A DNA stretch of 64,000 nt. Source: Antedon mediterranea (taxonomy: Eukaryota > Animalia > Echinodermata). A model generated the notes under the pieces. The model did not search any database, was not told where the DNA came from, and saw only the letters and a list, made by a program, of their open reading frames with translations. The DNA lies in assembly GCF_964355755.1 (NCBI RefSeq), contig NC_092671.1, forward strand, positions 4,836,001 to 4,900,000. Direction: 5' to 3'. Numbering within the stretch: the stretch's first letter is position 1; each line of letters begins with the position of its first letter. This document shows positions 26,001-37,388 of this stretch, in pieces. A program made the position numbers and the translations under genes.

Positions 26001-27289
26001 ATTTTTGTTGTGAAAATAAAACACAGCGTTTGAATAATCTGATAGAATAATAACAAGGTATGAAAATATAACGAAGGAAAGTCAAATTTCCAGTTTATGG
26101 ACACATAAATAATCTTGAATCTATATAATGGTTAGCAATGTATTTTTATATGTTTTGGCATTTTCTCAATGTTTTGAAGTATGTAAATGTTCAAATCACG
26201 TTTCCTATTTTTTTTATGGTGTTTTATTAAACATCAAAAATCCGTAAAATACATAAATTATGTTCTCTTTTATTCTAGGACTCAACTATTCAAGGCCCCC
26301 AGAGTGTGCAAAGCATACAAAGTATATCACGTAGCCAAGCCAAGCAAGCAAAACGTGCTGCTGAAGCCGAACGAAGAAAACAGGAAGTTGAGATAAAAAG
26401 AAAGAAGCGAGAGGAAGCCAAACGAAAATCATTAGAAGAAGTTGAAAGAAAGGAGCGAATGAAAAGAGAATTTGAAGAAGAAAAACTAAGAAAAGAAGAA
26501 GAAATAAGGTTGATATCTCTAGATTATGATCCCAAAGTCTGTTTTTTAAATTTAAATTTAGTATTAGTGCCATAACATCAACAGTTTATAGTATAAAGGA
26601 CATTTGGTTTTTTATCCAGGCTCCGAAAGGAAAAAGAAATTGAAGAGAAACAAAGACAAGAAGCTGCTTTGCTTGCTAAGAAACGACAAGCACAGCTAGC
26701 CCTTGAAAAAGAAAAGAAACAGAGGGAAGAACGGCAACGAAAAATGGAAGAAATAGCAAGGAAAAAGAGAGCAGAGGAACTGAAACGAAAGGGTAAATTT
26801 TGTAACTTTAAATTTTTATTGCACAAGGGGAAACAGTTTGAAATGAATATACATAATATCTTGGTTTTAACTGTTTTTGCAGAGGAAGAAGAGATAAAAA
26901 GAAAAGAAGAAGAAGAAAGAAGGAAAGCTGAGCAAGAAATGTTGGAAGCAATGGCAGAAGAGGAAAGACTTGAATACGAGAGAAAAAAACAAGAAGAGGA
27001 ACGTTTACAGAGAGAACGGGAAGAACAAGAACGTATACAAAGAGAAGAACAGGCTAGAAAGGCACAGCAAGAGGCTGAACGACTGATGCAACTGAAATTA
27101 AAAGAGCAGAAAGAATTAGAATTACGGTTGCAATTTAACAGACTACTTCAGTCAGAATCCAATATTCTAGCTCACTCTCAAGACATGACAAGGGCATTCA
27201 CTTTCTCATACTATGAACTACTGGAAGCATTGGGAATTGAGGCCCCTGATTGGCTAAAAAAGGAGCTAGAACAGTATAGTGACAGTTAA
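5009..27289 (+). CDS. KIAA2012: KIAA2012-like uncharacterised protein, about 24 coding exons, about 1558 aa
   Basis: Phase-consistent GT-AG exons: 5009-5110, 5307-5579, 5848-6004, 6347-6520, 7352-7662, 8205-8277, 8842-9033, 9188-9301, 9454-9693, 9967-10446, 10824-11029, 11742-11979, 12223-12267, 14739-15101, 15775-16035, 16566-16691, 17844-17903, 19207-19394, 20723-20878, 21597-21623, 25776-25856, 26279-26508, 26620-26792, 26883-27289 (4677 nt). N-terminal LSRG...LEPEDYYN...KTFTTRKGALLLYAEDLA, and a C-terminal E/R/K helix followed by TRAFTFSYY, resemble vertebrate KIAA2012 as I recall it. Internal low-complexity exons are less certain. Confidence 0.85.
6577..7123. mobile_element. Kolobok-type non-autonomous DNA transposon
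   Basis: TTAA on both sides. TIRs are AGATGTAGTGTCCC / GGGACAATACATCT. The same terminus recurs at 46557. Confidence 0.75.
7712..7794. mobile_element. Internal fragment of MITE family A
   Basis: gtgatgtgcccaaatatggtagtgatat...gacatcatcatg matches the interior of the copies at 13169, 43192 and 54868. Confidence 0.8.
8332..8809. mobile_element. MITE with ATACCC(C/T)TTTCACA TIRs (Harbinger-like)
   Basis: Ends are ATACCCTTTTCACA / TGTGAAAGGGGTAT, with internal reiterated AAACTCCGGAGTT and CCTTTCACACCA. No clean TSD is visible. Confidence 0.7.
11296..11603 (-). mobile_element. Composite SINE: 5S rRNA-derived head, tRNA-derived segment, body and LINE-like tail
   Basis: The minus strand reads GAAGTTAAGCAACGTTGGGCCCGGTT..TGGATGGGAGACCG...CGGGTGCTGTA (5S). 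It continues with A-box TGGTGTAATGGTA (11478-11490) and B-box GGGTTCGAG (11443-11451), and ends AATTTCCTCACTGAGGACAAAT plus (TACAAAA)n. Confidence 0.75.
12422..12927. mobile_element. MITE family A copy carrying an expanded internal minisatellite
   Basis: Left end AGCTCTTTCTACACTACAAACTAGTTTGACAAAA and degenerate right end GATAGTGTATATAAGGCT|TTA flank the tandem array. Confidence 0.8.
12466..12906. repeat. 21-bp minisatellite (TACCCTAATATGGTAGTGATA) x21
   Basis: Apparently identical head-to-tail copies; they produce the spurious YPNMVVI / ITTILGY ORFs. Confidence 0.98.
12931..13140. mobile_element. MITE with about 30-bp TIRs (Kolobok-like)
   Basis: GGGACCATGTCAAAATTATTCTACTGCAGT / ACTGCAGTAGAATCATTTTCCATGGTCCC, flanked by TTTA and TTAA. 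Confidence 0.7.
13169..13329. mobile_element. MITE family A (PIF/Harbinger-type), complete copy
   Basis: TIRs GCTCTGTCTACACTATCAAACT / AGTTTGATAGTGTAGACAGAGC with a TTA target duplication on both sides. Confidence 0.9.
13767..14438 (-). mobile_element. Non-autonomous Helentron-type element (HINE/DINE-1-like)
   Basis: The minus strand has a 5' TTACCTCCGCCAAGGAGGT sub-TIR/hairpin, a (GTTT)n tract, a 3' sub-TIR GGCGGAGGTA, a hairpin GCCCTCTCGGAGTGGC and a CTAGT end, in a T-rich site. Confidence 0.8.
17286..17482 (+). mobile_element. Degenerate tRNA-derived SINE
   Basis: A-box-like GTGACCGAGCGGTTAGG, degraded B-box and an aataagattca end. Confidence 0.4.
23564..23689. mobile_element. MITE family A copy (internally deleted)
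   Basis: TAA|AGCTCTGTCTACACTATCATACTAGTTTGAC ... ttgtagacaga. Further partial copies lie at about 30108-30207, 30860 and 38044. Confidence 0.85.
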
Positions 27290-27789
27290 CCTGCTACAGT
27301 AGGCTGATCTATTATTGAAGAATGTAAAATGGTATAGTATCAAACTCATGTCTCCAGTTCAAAACCTATAAGTCCATGGTTCTGGATTCTTTCCTCTAAT
27401 TACCTTTACTTTTGCCAAGCTATTGTTTCCTAGTAGGCAAGTCTAATCCTCTTTTGTCATACAACTGACAAACTGTTTTTATTTATTTATTTTTTTTAAA
27501 CCCAATTTCAAATAGTTTTAGTATTATTTTCTAAATTATTAAGTCAATTAGTTTTTAATTATTCTTGTGGTACTAACATTTGAACAACATTGCAATATTT
27601 TGAATATATATTTCAACACAAATTGAATTGAAAATTTACTGTATATATTGTATAATATAATACTGTAGTAAGAATGTTTTTATTATCTATAGATGTATAT
27701 TCATATTTTTGTGACCTCTATGACAATATTTATTTTTAGTATTCATTGAAAAGCTTCCATCTAAACCATGTATTGAATTTCTAAAGATT

Positions 27790-27994
27790 CAACCAATCAG
27801 AACGTAGATTTGTTAGTCAAAATTCACACGATCAAAAAAAGTACGAATTTGTTGAGGTGTGACGCCGGATACACTCTTACTCTGGACGTACAAAGTAACG
27901 CATAGGCCCTATTCTATGCATTTTGGTTGGTTATTTGAGCAAATTAGATTCCAAACAATAAAAACGTTTTGGTCACTACCAGCTAGGACAGAAG
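27790..27994 (+). promoter_or_regulatory. Candidate promoter / non-coding first exon of the downstream gene
   Basis: CCAAT box near 27793, raised CpG, and a donor AAG|GTATGT at 27995 followed by a TAGGCC/CTAG-rich tract like those in intron 1 of the two upstream genes. Confidence 0.4.
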
Positions 27995-28843
27995 GTATGT
28001 TTGTAAGGCCTGCTACTTAGCTAACTATACTAGCCTAGGGCCAGGCCAAGTAGGGCCTAGGCCAAGTAGTAGGCCCGGTGGTACACAGATTAAAATGATA
28101 TGTGGTGTGGAGACTATAACGTAGGCCTAGACTAGCTAGATGACGGGGCAGTCTTTTTAGACCTACCTAATGAATTTATTTTTGATATTGATATGGGAAA
28201 ATGTAATATGATGAAATACGATGGTCTGCCCAAAAGTGTGGTTTCAGAGAATAACAATGAATCCTCATTTTTTATTTTAAGTCCCGTTTGATTTTTAAAA
28301 AGTGTAGTATTTTATTACCAAGTCTAGACTCGGAAAAAATACATGCAATTACCTTCCTATTTTATCAGTATTATTTTTAATTAAGTATCCCTTCTGTATA
28401 CATGTTGCTTTAATGACTCGTTCTCACTGTAGGCCAACCTCAAATGTTGTGTAGACTTAATTATTTCTGATCCGTCTAAAACCATCCCATTGAGGTTTGT
28501 AAATTTTATGTACATTCCGTGTTTCAGAATTAGTATGGCCGAGTAATAGACATTAAAACATAGAGTATTACATAGTCGACAGTTTAGGGAAATATACCCA
28601 TGTTAAGTAAAAATCATGTTCCAAATGTCTATATTTGGCATAAATTATATAGTATTTATATTGTATTTTCTTCCATCCATTCAATGCAATATTCATTTTG
28701 CGTATTACCACCTTGATCGTGTATTCTAAAAAAAAATGTTTTACGAAAATAAAGGTTACTATTAGTTCAATATTTATTATATAAAAAAATATCCGTCCAT
28801 AATAATCAATACATTCCCTGTCGGCAGCAATGACATTGTCGTT

Positions 28844-28847
<4 letters not shown>

Positions 28848-28876
<29 letters not shown>
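28848..28876. repeat. (TA)n microsatellite
   Basis: Direct reading. Confidence 0.95.
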
Positions 28877-31800
28877 CGTAAATAAAATAATTTTGCGTAT
28901 AAACGTATCCTCTGTGTTTTAATATGCGCATTGCAACAACTTAACCCACAATTTGACGCAACGACACGAAACCATTAGCTAGGATGTCCAACTATTATTC
29001 AATTTCCAGGGGCCTAATACGAAATCACAAAATTGACGCTCGCTCGCGTACAATCGTATTATCGATTTTAGCGCGCGCGCGTGTGTGTTATTACTGACAA
29101 ATTGCGTATGTTCTTGATCTAATTAAATTTTTGATTAAAATTAGTTAAGCAAAAATATATACAAATTAGCTACTCTTACTACGCAACATCTCCTTTTTAA
29201 TGTAGGTGCTTGTCTGCGCTGGTAAAAGCATGTACATAGAAAATTAGACTTGTCGAGGGCAGCTAGTTTGATCCTCTAGGTTAGATCATGGAGGTAATTT
29301 TATATTTGTGCGTGATGCGTGTATTATAATAGTATAACTTTGCTCTCCGCAAACGCATCTAATTTGTAAACCAGGTCACATCGTTTCAAACTGTTTATGC
29401 ATGTTTTATGACTGACGTTTATTTTGTAGGTTTGCAAAACTTGTGTTCAATATAAGCACTTGTTCTTGAATATATAAATACGTTTGACGGGTGGATGCGT
29501 TTAGTTTCTACAATGCGATCATGTACCACCAAAAGCATGTGCGCGCACTTCACGGTGCGCACATAACACTGTTTTGTTGCAAGCACAATGTTCTACGGTG
29601 TAGTTATATTACCCCAATTCCGGTTGTAGCAAACGTGGAAATATCTAGTGTGAACCAGTCCTATTGAATGTGAACCACCAATCATTAGTCCTTGAAGTTA
29701 ATTGCGTTTATGTATAAATGAATTATCAAATTGAGAGCTAAATTACTGAACTATTTTCTACTCAGTGTGAAGCCATTGTTTCCACACAATGTTATATTAA
29801 TTATTGATGTTTTAATGGATCGGCGGGGGATCGGCACAAATGTAAAATTAAAATGTGAGTCTATATATTTTGCGAATTTTTACAAAATTTGAATAATGAA
29901 ATGTAAAGGTCAGTTGATTGTGAGGAGATACTGTTCAGCACTAAACACCATTGATAGGCCTAACTAGTGATCGAGTCACGATTTGTTGTACACATGCTTT
30001 CTAATAAGTATTACCTTTTATTTTCACTACCCGACACTAGACTACGCGCTACGCGCCTATCGTATAAAGTAATCATAACATGACTGTGTTATTTGTTACT
30101 CTAGTCCCACTATCAAACTAGTTTGACAAAAACCAAAGTGGGATGTCCATATATCGGCCCATCACATTTTTGTTTGTCACATAAAGTTTGATAGTACAAA
30201 CAGAGCTTTAGACTCACTGCGTCGTCGCTTTACGTAAATAATATAACTACATTTTGTAAAATATTGGTTCTCCTTTCAAATGCACTCACATGTATGACAT
30301 ATATTCAGGAGTAAACGTTTAAAAAATAATCTTTAGCCTAAAGAAATTGATGAAAATATAATTGATAGCGCTGACTGCTTAACAGCAACAGGCAAAAATT
30401 GCATTGTGTACCCGTAGGGCTTTAGATTTTAAGAAGTAATCCAATTAACTGAAAGGCTAGAGATTTGAAAAAGTAAGTATATTCACTACAGTACATTATT
30501 ATTTCAACTGATAGATCTGACTTTGAAGAAATTTAATTCACAAATTTCTTATTCAAAACTCCATTTCATTGTAATAAATTAAATAATTTGGTCTAGACAG
30601 TAAATGTTAGACATATTGATTGTTCCAACCCAGTATCTAGCCTGCGTAAGCTCACCAGGGTTTTTTTGTTTTGGTTTTTTTTTTAAGTCTAGGCCTATAG
30701 ACATCTGCGCGTTTAGACAGGAAAGCAACGTGTTCTTAATTGTACGGGTTTATACTGAGAGTAGCTAGATTAACGCTTTATAGAAACTTGTTGATCTTGG
30801 AGTAGTCAACAATGCGTCTTAGATGTAAATGCCATAACGGCGCATCGAACAATCAGTAAAGCTCTGTCTAAATTTTATGTGACAAAACAAATGAGTTTTT
30901 GGAAAATACTGCCAATTTTTTTTTTTGTCTAGGCCTAATCACTTTTAATTAAACATACTTAAACATAATAAAACCTGAGAAAGTCCGACTGGAGCTCCAC
31001 TTTTAAGAAAACCTGCATTGCTGCATCATTATACTTCCTTGCGCCTTTTTGGAAACTACATGAGAGCGTGTGCTTAAAACGGAAATATTCCCCACGCTCT
31101 TCGTACAGGGATGTATGTACGAAAAGGTATATCAAGCGTGAGGTATGCACCTTTTACTATAGACCGGACGTGCACTTGTATTTTGCACATTTTAAAAATG
31201 TTATGAATGTCCGTTCCGGGCGCACAAAGGCTCATAATTCTCGACCTCACCCCTCTATTGCCAAATTATGCAATTGTGACTTTACATCAGCCGTGGTTAT
31301 TTTAAGCCTTTGGGCAGTAGTATATAGATTGAATTGTGTCAGTGCATTATTGTATACCATGATAAAACGACAACATCAAATACGTAGTGCATTGAACTGA
31401 ATAATCATTTAATTAGAAAAACACGTTCATAGATTTGAAAACGCCACTTTAACAATTTATAGTAATATCACGTGATTATTTCTAAGATATATAAAGATTA
31501 TTAAACAACAAACCGCGCGAGAAGAGAATAACACTCATAGATCACATCATCACGTTTTTATTAAAATGAAAAACCTTAATTGTTGATGAAAAATCCGAGT
31601 TTTTTGATGGACTAGTTTAATTGTTGGCATTATAAAATGCATTTTAGATAATGAGAAAATGAACAGGCCATTTGTATTGTTGACTGGTAGGTTGGCAGCA
31701 TTTTTAGTTTAGCCATTACGAGACTGCTTCATCATTGTAGAACGAGATTCTCTCTGATTAATCGTGTAAATCCGACAATATACGGTTTGCTGCCTTAACT

Positions 31801-33009
31801 TAGCGTACGAACTGAACGATGTTTAACAGCTCATTGTGAATCAGTGAAGATGCCGTGGATGCATAACTAATTGCCGAGTAGGCCTACATTACAAGGGAAG
31901 GTGAATGTACACGGTGCGTTTTATTTTTTTTAGTTATTTGCGTGTACTGTCCACGTGATTTCTCGTAAACGTCTTCTCGAGAGAGTGATTGCGTACTCAT
32001 CTTCTTATATTCCACGGATTTGTGGCGCTCGACGAAGGCTCAGAATTATTTCTAACGGTTGACGTAAGTTGTATCTGTAATTGAACCTAACTCGACTACA
32101 GCTGCAGTTTTCCTGTACATACATTATACGTGCATTTTAATTATAATTGCAAAAACAATGATGTTAAAATCTGTGTTTCAACTTTATCGTAAAAAATGAA
32201 AGACGGTTTATCAAATCAAGATTATAGTGCTATATACGCTTACGCTCATTTTGTTTTATCCGTATCCAAACATATTCTATTAATGAATTGTTAAACCCAG
32301 CCAAAATTTAATTCCAAATGATTCTAATTTCCTAATTAACATTTAAAACAAGATGTGTTTGCCTCAATGACTTTAAGATGCTTTTTGTTAATTAAAGAGA
32401 ATATTGTTACTCGGTTACCAAAAGCAGTGAGAATAGAAATTCGCAACTGCACGTACTTTCCTCTTATCTTATATTCAATAATATCTAAGCATTAAGAATC
32501 GCAAACGTTTGAGAGTGATTCATTAGCGAGCGTTTGTTATAAAGTGTCACTGTTTAGCTGCCTTGATTTACCGTATTTTACAAGAATAAATAGCATAAGT
32601 GATTGGATAAATAGGAAAATATAAGCCTATACTCACTGATGTAGCGTACTAAATGATAACGGAATCAAATTATTTCTGAAGATGAATCTATTAAATATGT
32701 AATTAAATAAGACATCGTGTATAGCATATTATAACGACGTTATTGGTTTATTTTAACGGTATATTACATGTGAGAGGAACACTTGATTATCTTTCTAGCG
32801 ATACTAGTGGCTTGGTTCACAAAACTTGGAACTTCTCTGCTGTCAAAAGCGATGCCTATTTGTTAGGCATTATGCCTTGTTCGTCGAGGTTTCAATCGAT
32901 TTATATCCGCAATCGTATACACATTAATTGCGTATGAAGAGAAGCAATCTATATGATTATGTGTTTGAAAAAATAAGTTTTGTATCTATGTGAATTATCT
33001 ACAAAAACA

Positions 33010-33268
33010 ATGGGATCCATTGTTTGTACACCATCAGATCCAACTGAACTTGTTTATGTCAATTCAAAGGAAACAAGAACAATACAGACTAAGAAACAGA
33101 AAATACCCGTAGTTAGGAAAGAACTACATGCCGGTGATCAGATCGAAGAACAAGGCCAAGATCTGGAAAATGTTAAAACTGTTAAGAAAAATAATCGGCG
33201 GATGAAACATGTACAGGAGGAGTCTACTTCAGGTCAGGTCAGGGGTGAACCCCAGGTCAGTCCAAAAG
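33010..33268 (+). CDS. Candidate first coding exon of an unidentified gene (MGSIVCTPS...SPK), possible N-myristoylation/palmitoylation
   Basis: acaATGG Kozak context, 86 codons of hydrophilic protein-like composition, and a donor AAG|GTACGT in phase 1. Gly2 and Cys6 are present. Confidence 0.65.
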
Positions 33269-34084
33269 GTACGTTGTATTTTTTCAGCAATACTATTTTT
33301 TTCAACAGAAAATATATATGTCATTTTTTACAGGAGAATATTAATAATTATACCCACAGACGAGGGATCCCTTTTTGTTTCGTAATAAAGAAATAGAGTT
33401 ATGTTCATCAAACATACAGTACCTTGTTATTTTGACCGTTTTCCGGCTCGAGAGATCAACCGAAAATAAAATTTAAACCTACTATTTAAAACAACTTTAA
33501 AAATGGTGCTATTTTCTCCGTTTGTTTGTTGTCGGTACGATCAACTAATACACACTCGTATTGCATGCGAAAAGTGCTCAAAACAATGTTATTTGATCAC
33601 ACCCGACACCGACAAACAAACAGCTAAAAGTTTAATTCCCGAACACCATGGGAAAACTCAGAACTGAAAAAAAATCGGTAATTGAATGAAACTTTTTTTA
33701 TCCAGTGACGTAATCTTTAAATATATACAGTCGTCGTTTATTATTGCAAAAAAATCTTATTATTAACGTTACATTCTCGCAAAAGTTTTGTAACCCTAAA
33801 TCAGGATATGAAATTTATGATCATTTGTGTTATTTAATTGGACACACAGTTCCTACTTAATTCAGTGTTAATGATGATCCAATGTATTGTTTTACCAATT
33901 GTAGTTCTCAAGGTACGAGCAAATCGATTTGACTGCAATTTTAGACACTAATTGGTAGGAAATTATAATATGTCATACTACATAGAATAATAATAATACT
34001 AATGTACAGGTGTGCTGTGTAAATGTGCAGGTTTTACATATGAAACCAGGTGTTTATAAAAGCAATAGACCTACATTATTTAGA

Positions 34085-34320
34085 ACACTGTGGTTAGGTA
34101 AAACTTGATTAGGTAACACAATTTGGTAACATTACAATGTTATTAGGTAACACTACACGTTAGGAAACACTATGTGACCAGGTAGCACTACGTAATTAGG
34201 TACTTTTGGTAAACACTACGTGATTAGGTAACATTACACGTTAGTAAAAACAGGTGATCAGGTAAAACTATAATTAGGTACCCCTAACACTATGAAGTTT
34301 GGTAACACTACGTGATTAAT
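34085..34320. repeat. Degenerate tandem repeat of about 19 bp (TAGGTAACACTACGTGAT-like)
   Basis: About a dozen diverged ggtaacac/aggtaa units in series. Confidence 0.75.
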
Positions 34321-35544
34321 GACAACACAATTTGTGTGTATGAGAGCAGCCTGGAAAAATCAGCTCCCGCTTATTTATGTTATTTGACACCTTTTGGACT
34401 TTTATTGGGATCTAGATTTACCGTAATAGTAATGAAAAAGAAACTGAAATAAAAGGAAATTAACACTTTTTTTTATTACAGAACATTACTAGATTCAATG
34501 ATTAAGACCTTTTACACCTAGTCCCACGGATAGACAAAGTTGTACCATAAGGTCTATAACAGGGTTAGTTTGACCATGGAGGAAATTGTTTTCCTCCATG
34601 GTTTGACCCATTTCATCGTTGGGATCTCAGACAATAGTACCGCGTCTCTTCTGCCTTTAAATCGACCAATCAGAGCGAAGCGTTGTTGTGCTAGGCAACA
34701 ATACCAAGATTTCACATACTGCTGATATTTGTTGGTTTTATATCAGCCTAGTCTTTGCCTTCTGGAATTTCCTTGAATTACCGTCCCTTGGTGGTGGAGA
34801 TGTGCTTCTAACATATATTTTCTAATAATGTATTCGTCATTTTCCTTGATGAATAATAGAGCTGAGGCCAAAAAAGATTACGAGCGTTTTAAAAAAAATA
34901 TCTAGATAGAGCACACCTAAGCCTTATGCAAATTCAAATCATCCGAGTGTTTGACACTACTCTACCATGAAGAAATCTCAGATCCATCTAGTTGTATGTA
35001 TCATTAATAAGTGTTATACTACAACTGTTACTGAACGCTATTTATTGCATGTTATTTTAAACATAATTATCCTTTCTGAAAATTCAGGGTTGACGAAAAC
35101 TTCTCATATCGTTCCCAATAGTGCACTCATATAGTTAAAGATCGTCAGTAAATATTACGGATGACTGTTATTTTATTTCAAATAATATTTTATGTATTGA
35201 GAAGTCAATAATAAAAGTGAAGAAAGTCTGTTGATTTATCAACAGCGACGACGTATTGTTTCTTGTGATCATACAGTTAAAATGGTTCATTTTTTAGTAT
35301 GGACGTTTTGATTTTAGTACCGTCGTGATTGTATCTATTCGTATAGTAGTAATTCTGCATTACTCACGAATCTCTCCTTGCGTGATTTATGAACGTTGGA
35401 TTTCAGGCTACTTCTAGCGGCGATTAGACATCACTCTCTCTTGCTAAATGAAAATTGCATCAACAAACAAATGTGGTCTAGTTTCAGGCAATACACTCTG
35501 ATTCCTAATTCTATTCTCACTTCTCATCGATCGCCGTTCATTCG

Positions 35545-35602
35545 ATGATTGAATTGAAGCCTAGGCCTATGTATATATCACAGAAGCCGTTACATCCTCG
35601 AG
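35545..35602 (+). CDS. Candidate alternative first coding exon (MIELKPRPMYISQKPLHPR)
   Basis: ATG-initiated with an upstream in-frame stop; ends GAG|GTACGT in phase 1. Confidence 0.35.
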
Positions 35603-37148
35603 GTACGTGTTATTATTTAGATATATTTAAACTAAGTACACAGGTCAGATATATATAAATGTAATTAGCTAATCTATTGCGGCGAGTATATTCATTGATA
35701 TACACACAGTATAACAAGCGTAATGTTTAAATACACAGGTCTGTATAAATGCCACACAATTTTCGTAGATTAATGCATAGTGCTGTTTGCCTATGTGCTG
35801 TACGCTTAAAAAACCAGCACTGTATGTAACACACGCACTTATAATAGAAATGATTGTAGGTAATGTAATCACGATGCCGATACATTAAATAAACATTACG
35901 CATGCGCAGGTGGTTTCTATGTACAATCATCAAGTAGCCTATTGCATTGTCAATTGTATGTAATTGTTTTTGTTCTCAATGAATGAGCTAGTGTACAAGT
36001 GGGCAGCATTATCCGCTATATTGGCTATTGAAAAATGAGTTTATTGAAAAATGAGAGGGGGAAGGGGGTTGAAAGTTGAGCTCAGCTCTCTTACTGACAG
36101 AGATCAGAAGATTTGCAAACCTATATTTAAACAATGTTCAATAGAATAGAGGACCCACATGTAGTAAAAGTTCGTTTATGATGCAAAATCTTAAGAGTAT
36201 AACTTATGCAGAATCTGTATAAGTTATACTCTTAAGAGAAGTGAATATAATGGGCATAATATTTAAATTTAGGCCTTAATAATATAGTATATAGTATTTA
36301 TATTACTTAAATTAATGGTGTTCTAATATGCACCAGCCCCATTCCGATCAGCAGTATCTTGGTAAATCATATAATCGAAAGTATATGCCTACTAATACAT
36401 GGAGGCCTATGTTATGTTTATAGATAAAAGTTGGGTTCTATCTTTTTATTCAACCTTTGTATTATAATTCAGTACTATCATGCTAGGTACAACATTGCGT
36501 TAGTTTACTGATATATTGCTATAATCCTGTATTTATGCATTTTTCACCAATCCGTCACGTATAATAATCAAATCGCAATGAGATGCAAACATTACAATCT
36601 ATCCTGTAATGAAATACTATATGAAAATTGGCAATTGTAAAATATTCGACAATCATACGAGCTTCCTCCGTATAGTAATCATGTAGTTTGAAGCGTTTTA
36701 TGTAGATTTGTATTCTGTGTTCAGAGAAATCGTGTAAGGTCAGTCCAGAAGACGATGACGCTTTTTACCAATTACAAACATCTTCAATTTCACCATTACT
36801 CGTCTTGTCTTGATGCATTCGATAGCGGCTGTGTTATAAATAATTCAATTCTCTTATCGCCTATGTTATCTTGATTTCTTCATATTGAGCTATGTAATCT
36901 TAATGGCCATTTTGCTTTCATCTTTATTTCCAAATTTATTTCCAAATGTTCATTCTAGTCTTTCAATAAAATGTCATTGCTATTATGTTTATCAAGTCAC
37001 ATGAATATAAAGTATCATAGGCAAATTCTAATATACAGTGCCACATGTGACGTTTTGTTAACGTTACTAATAATCCATTTGTAACGAACATGTGGTTTTG
37101 TACTACGAAATGTTCCTAGATACGGTACTGAACAAATTTTTTCTAGAG

Positions 37149-37200
37149 ATATCATCATCATCATAATCATCATCATCATTAACATCATCGTCGTCATCAT

Positions 37201-37232
<32 letters not shown>

Positions 37233-37388
37233 TCATCATAATCACCATCTTAATCACCATCATCATTATCATCATCATCATTATCATCATCATCATCACC
37301 ATCATCATTATCATCATCATCATTATCACCACCATCATTATAATCATCACCATCATCATTCATCATCATCGTCATCATAATGATCATC
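37149..37388. repeat. Imperfect (ATC)n microsatellite with a (CAG)n insert
   Basis: Direct reading; source of the poly-Met ORF. Confidence 0.95.

Noticed and set aside
29205-29293. Exon ending ATG GAG|GTAATT as a fifth alternative start
   Set aside because: It is phase 0, incompatible with the phase-1 set, and only two codons long, so it is unsupported.
36199-36227. Resemblance to loxP (ATAACTT...AAGTTAT)
   Set aside because: Only 7-bp ends match, and arm and spacer lengths differ, so this is coincidental.
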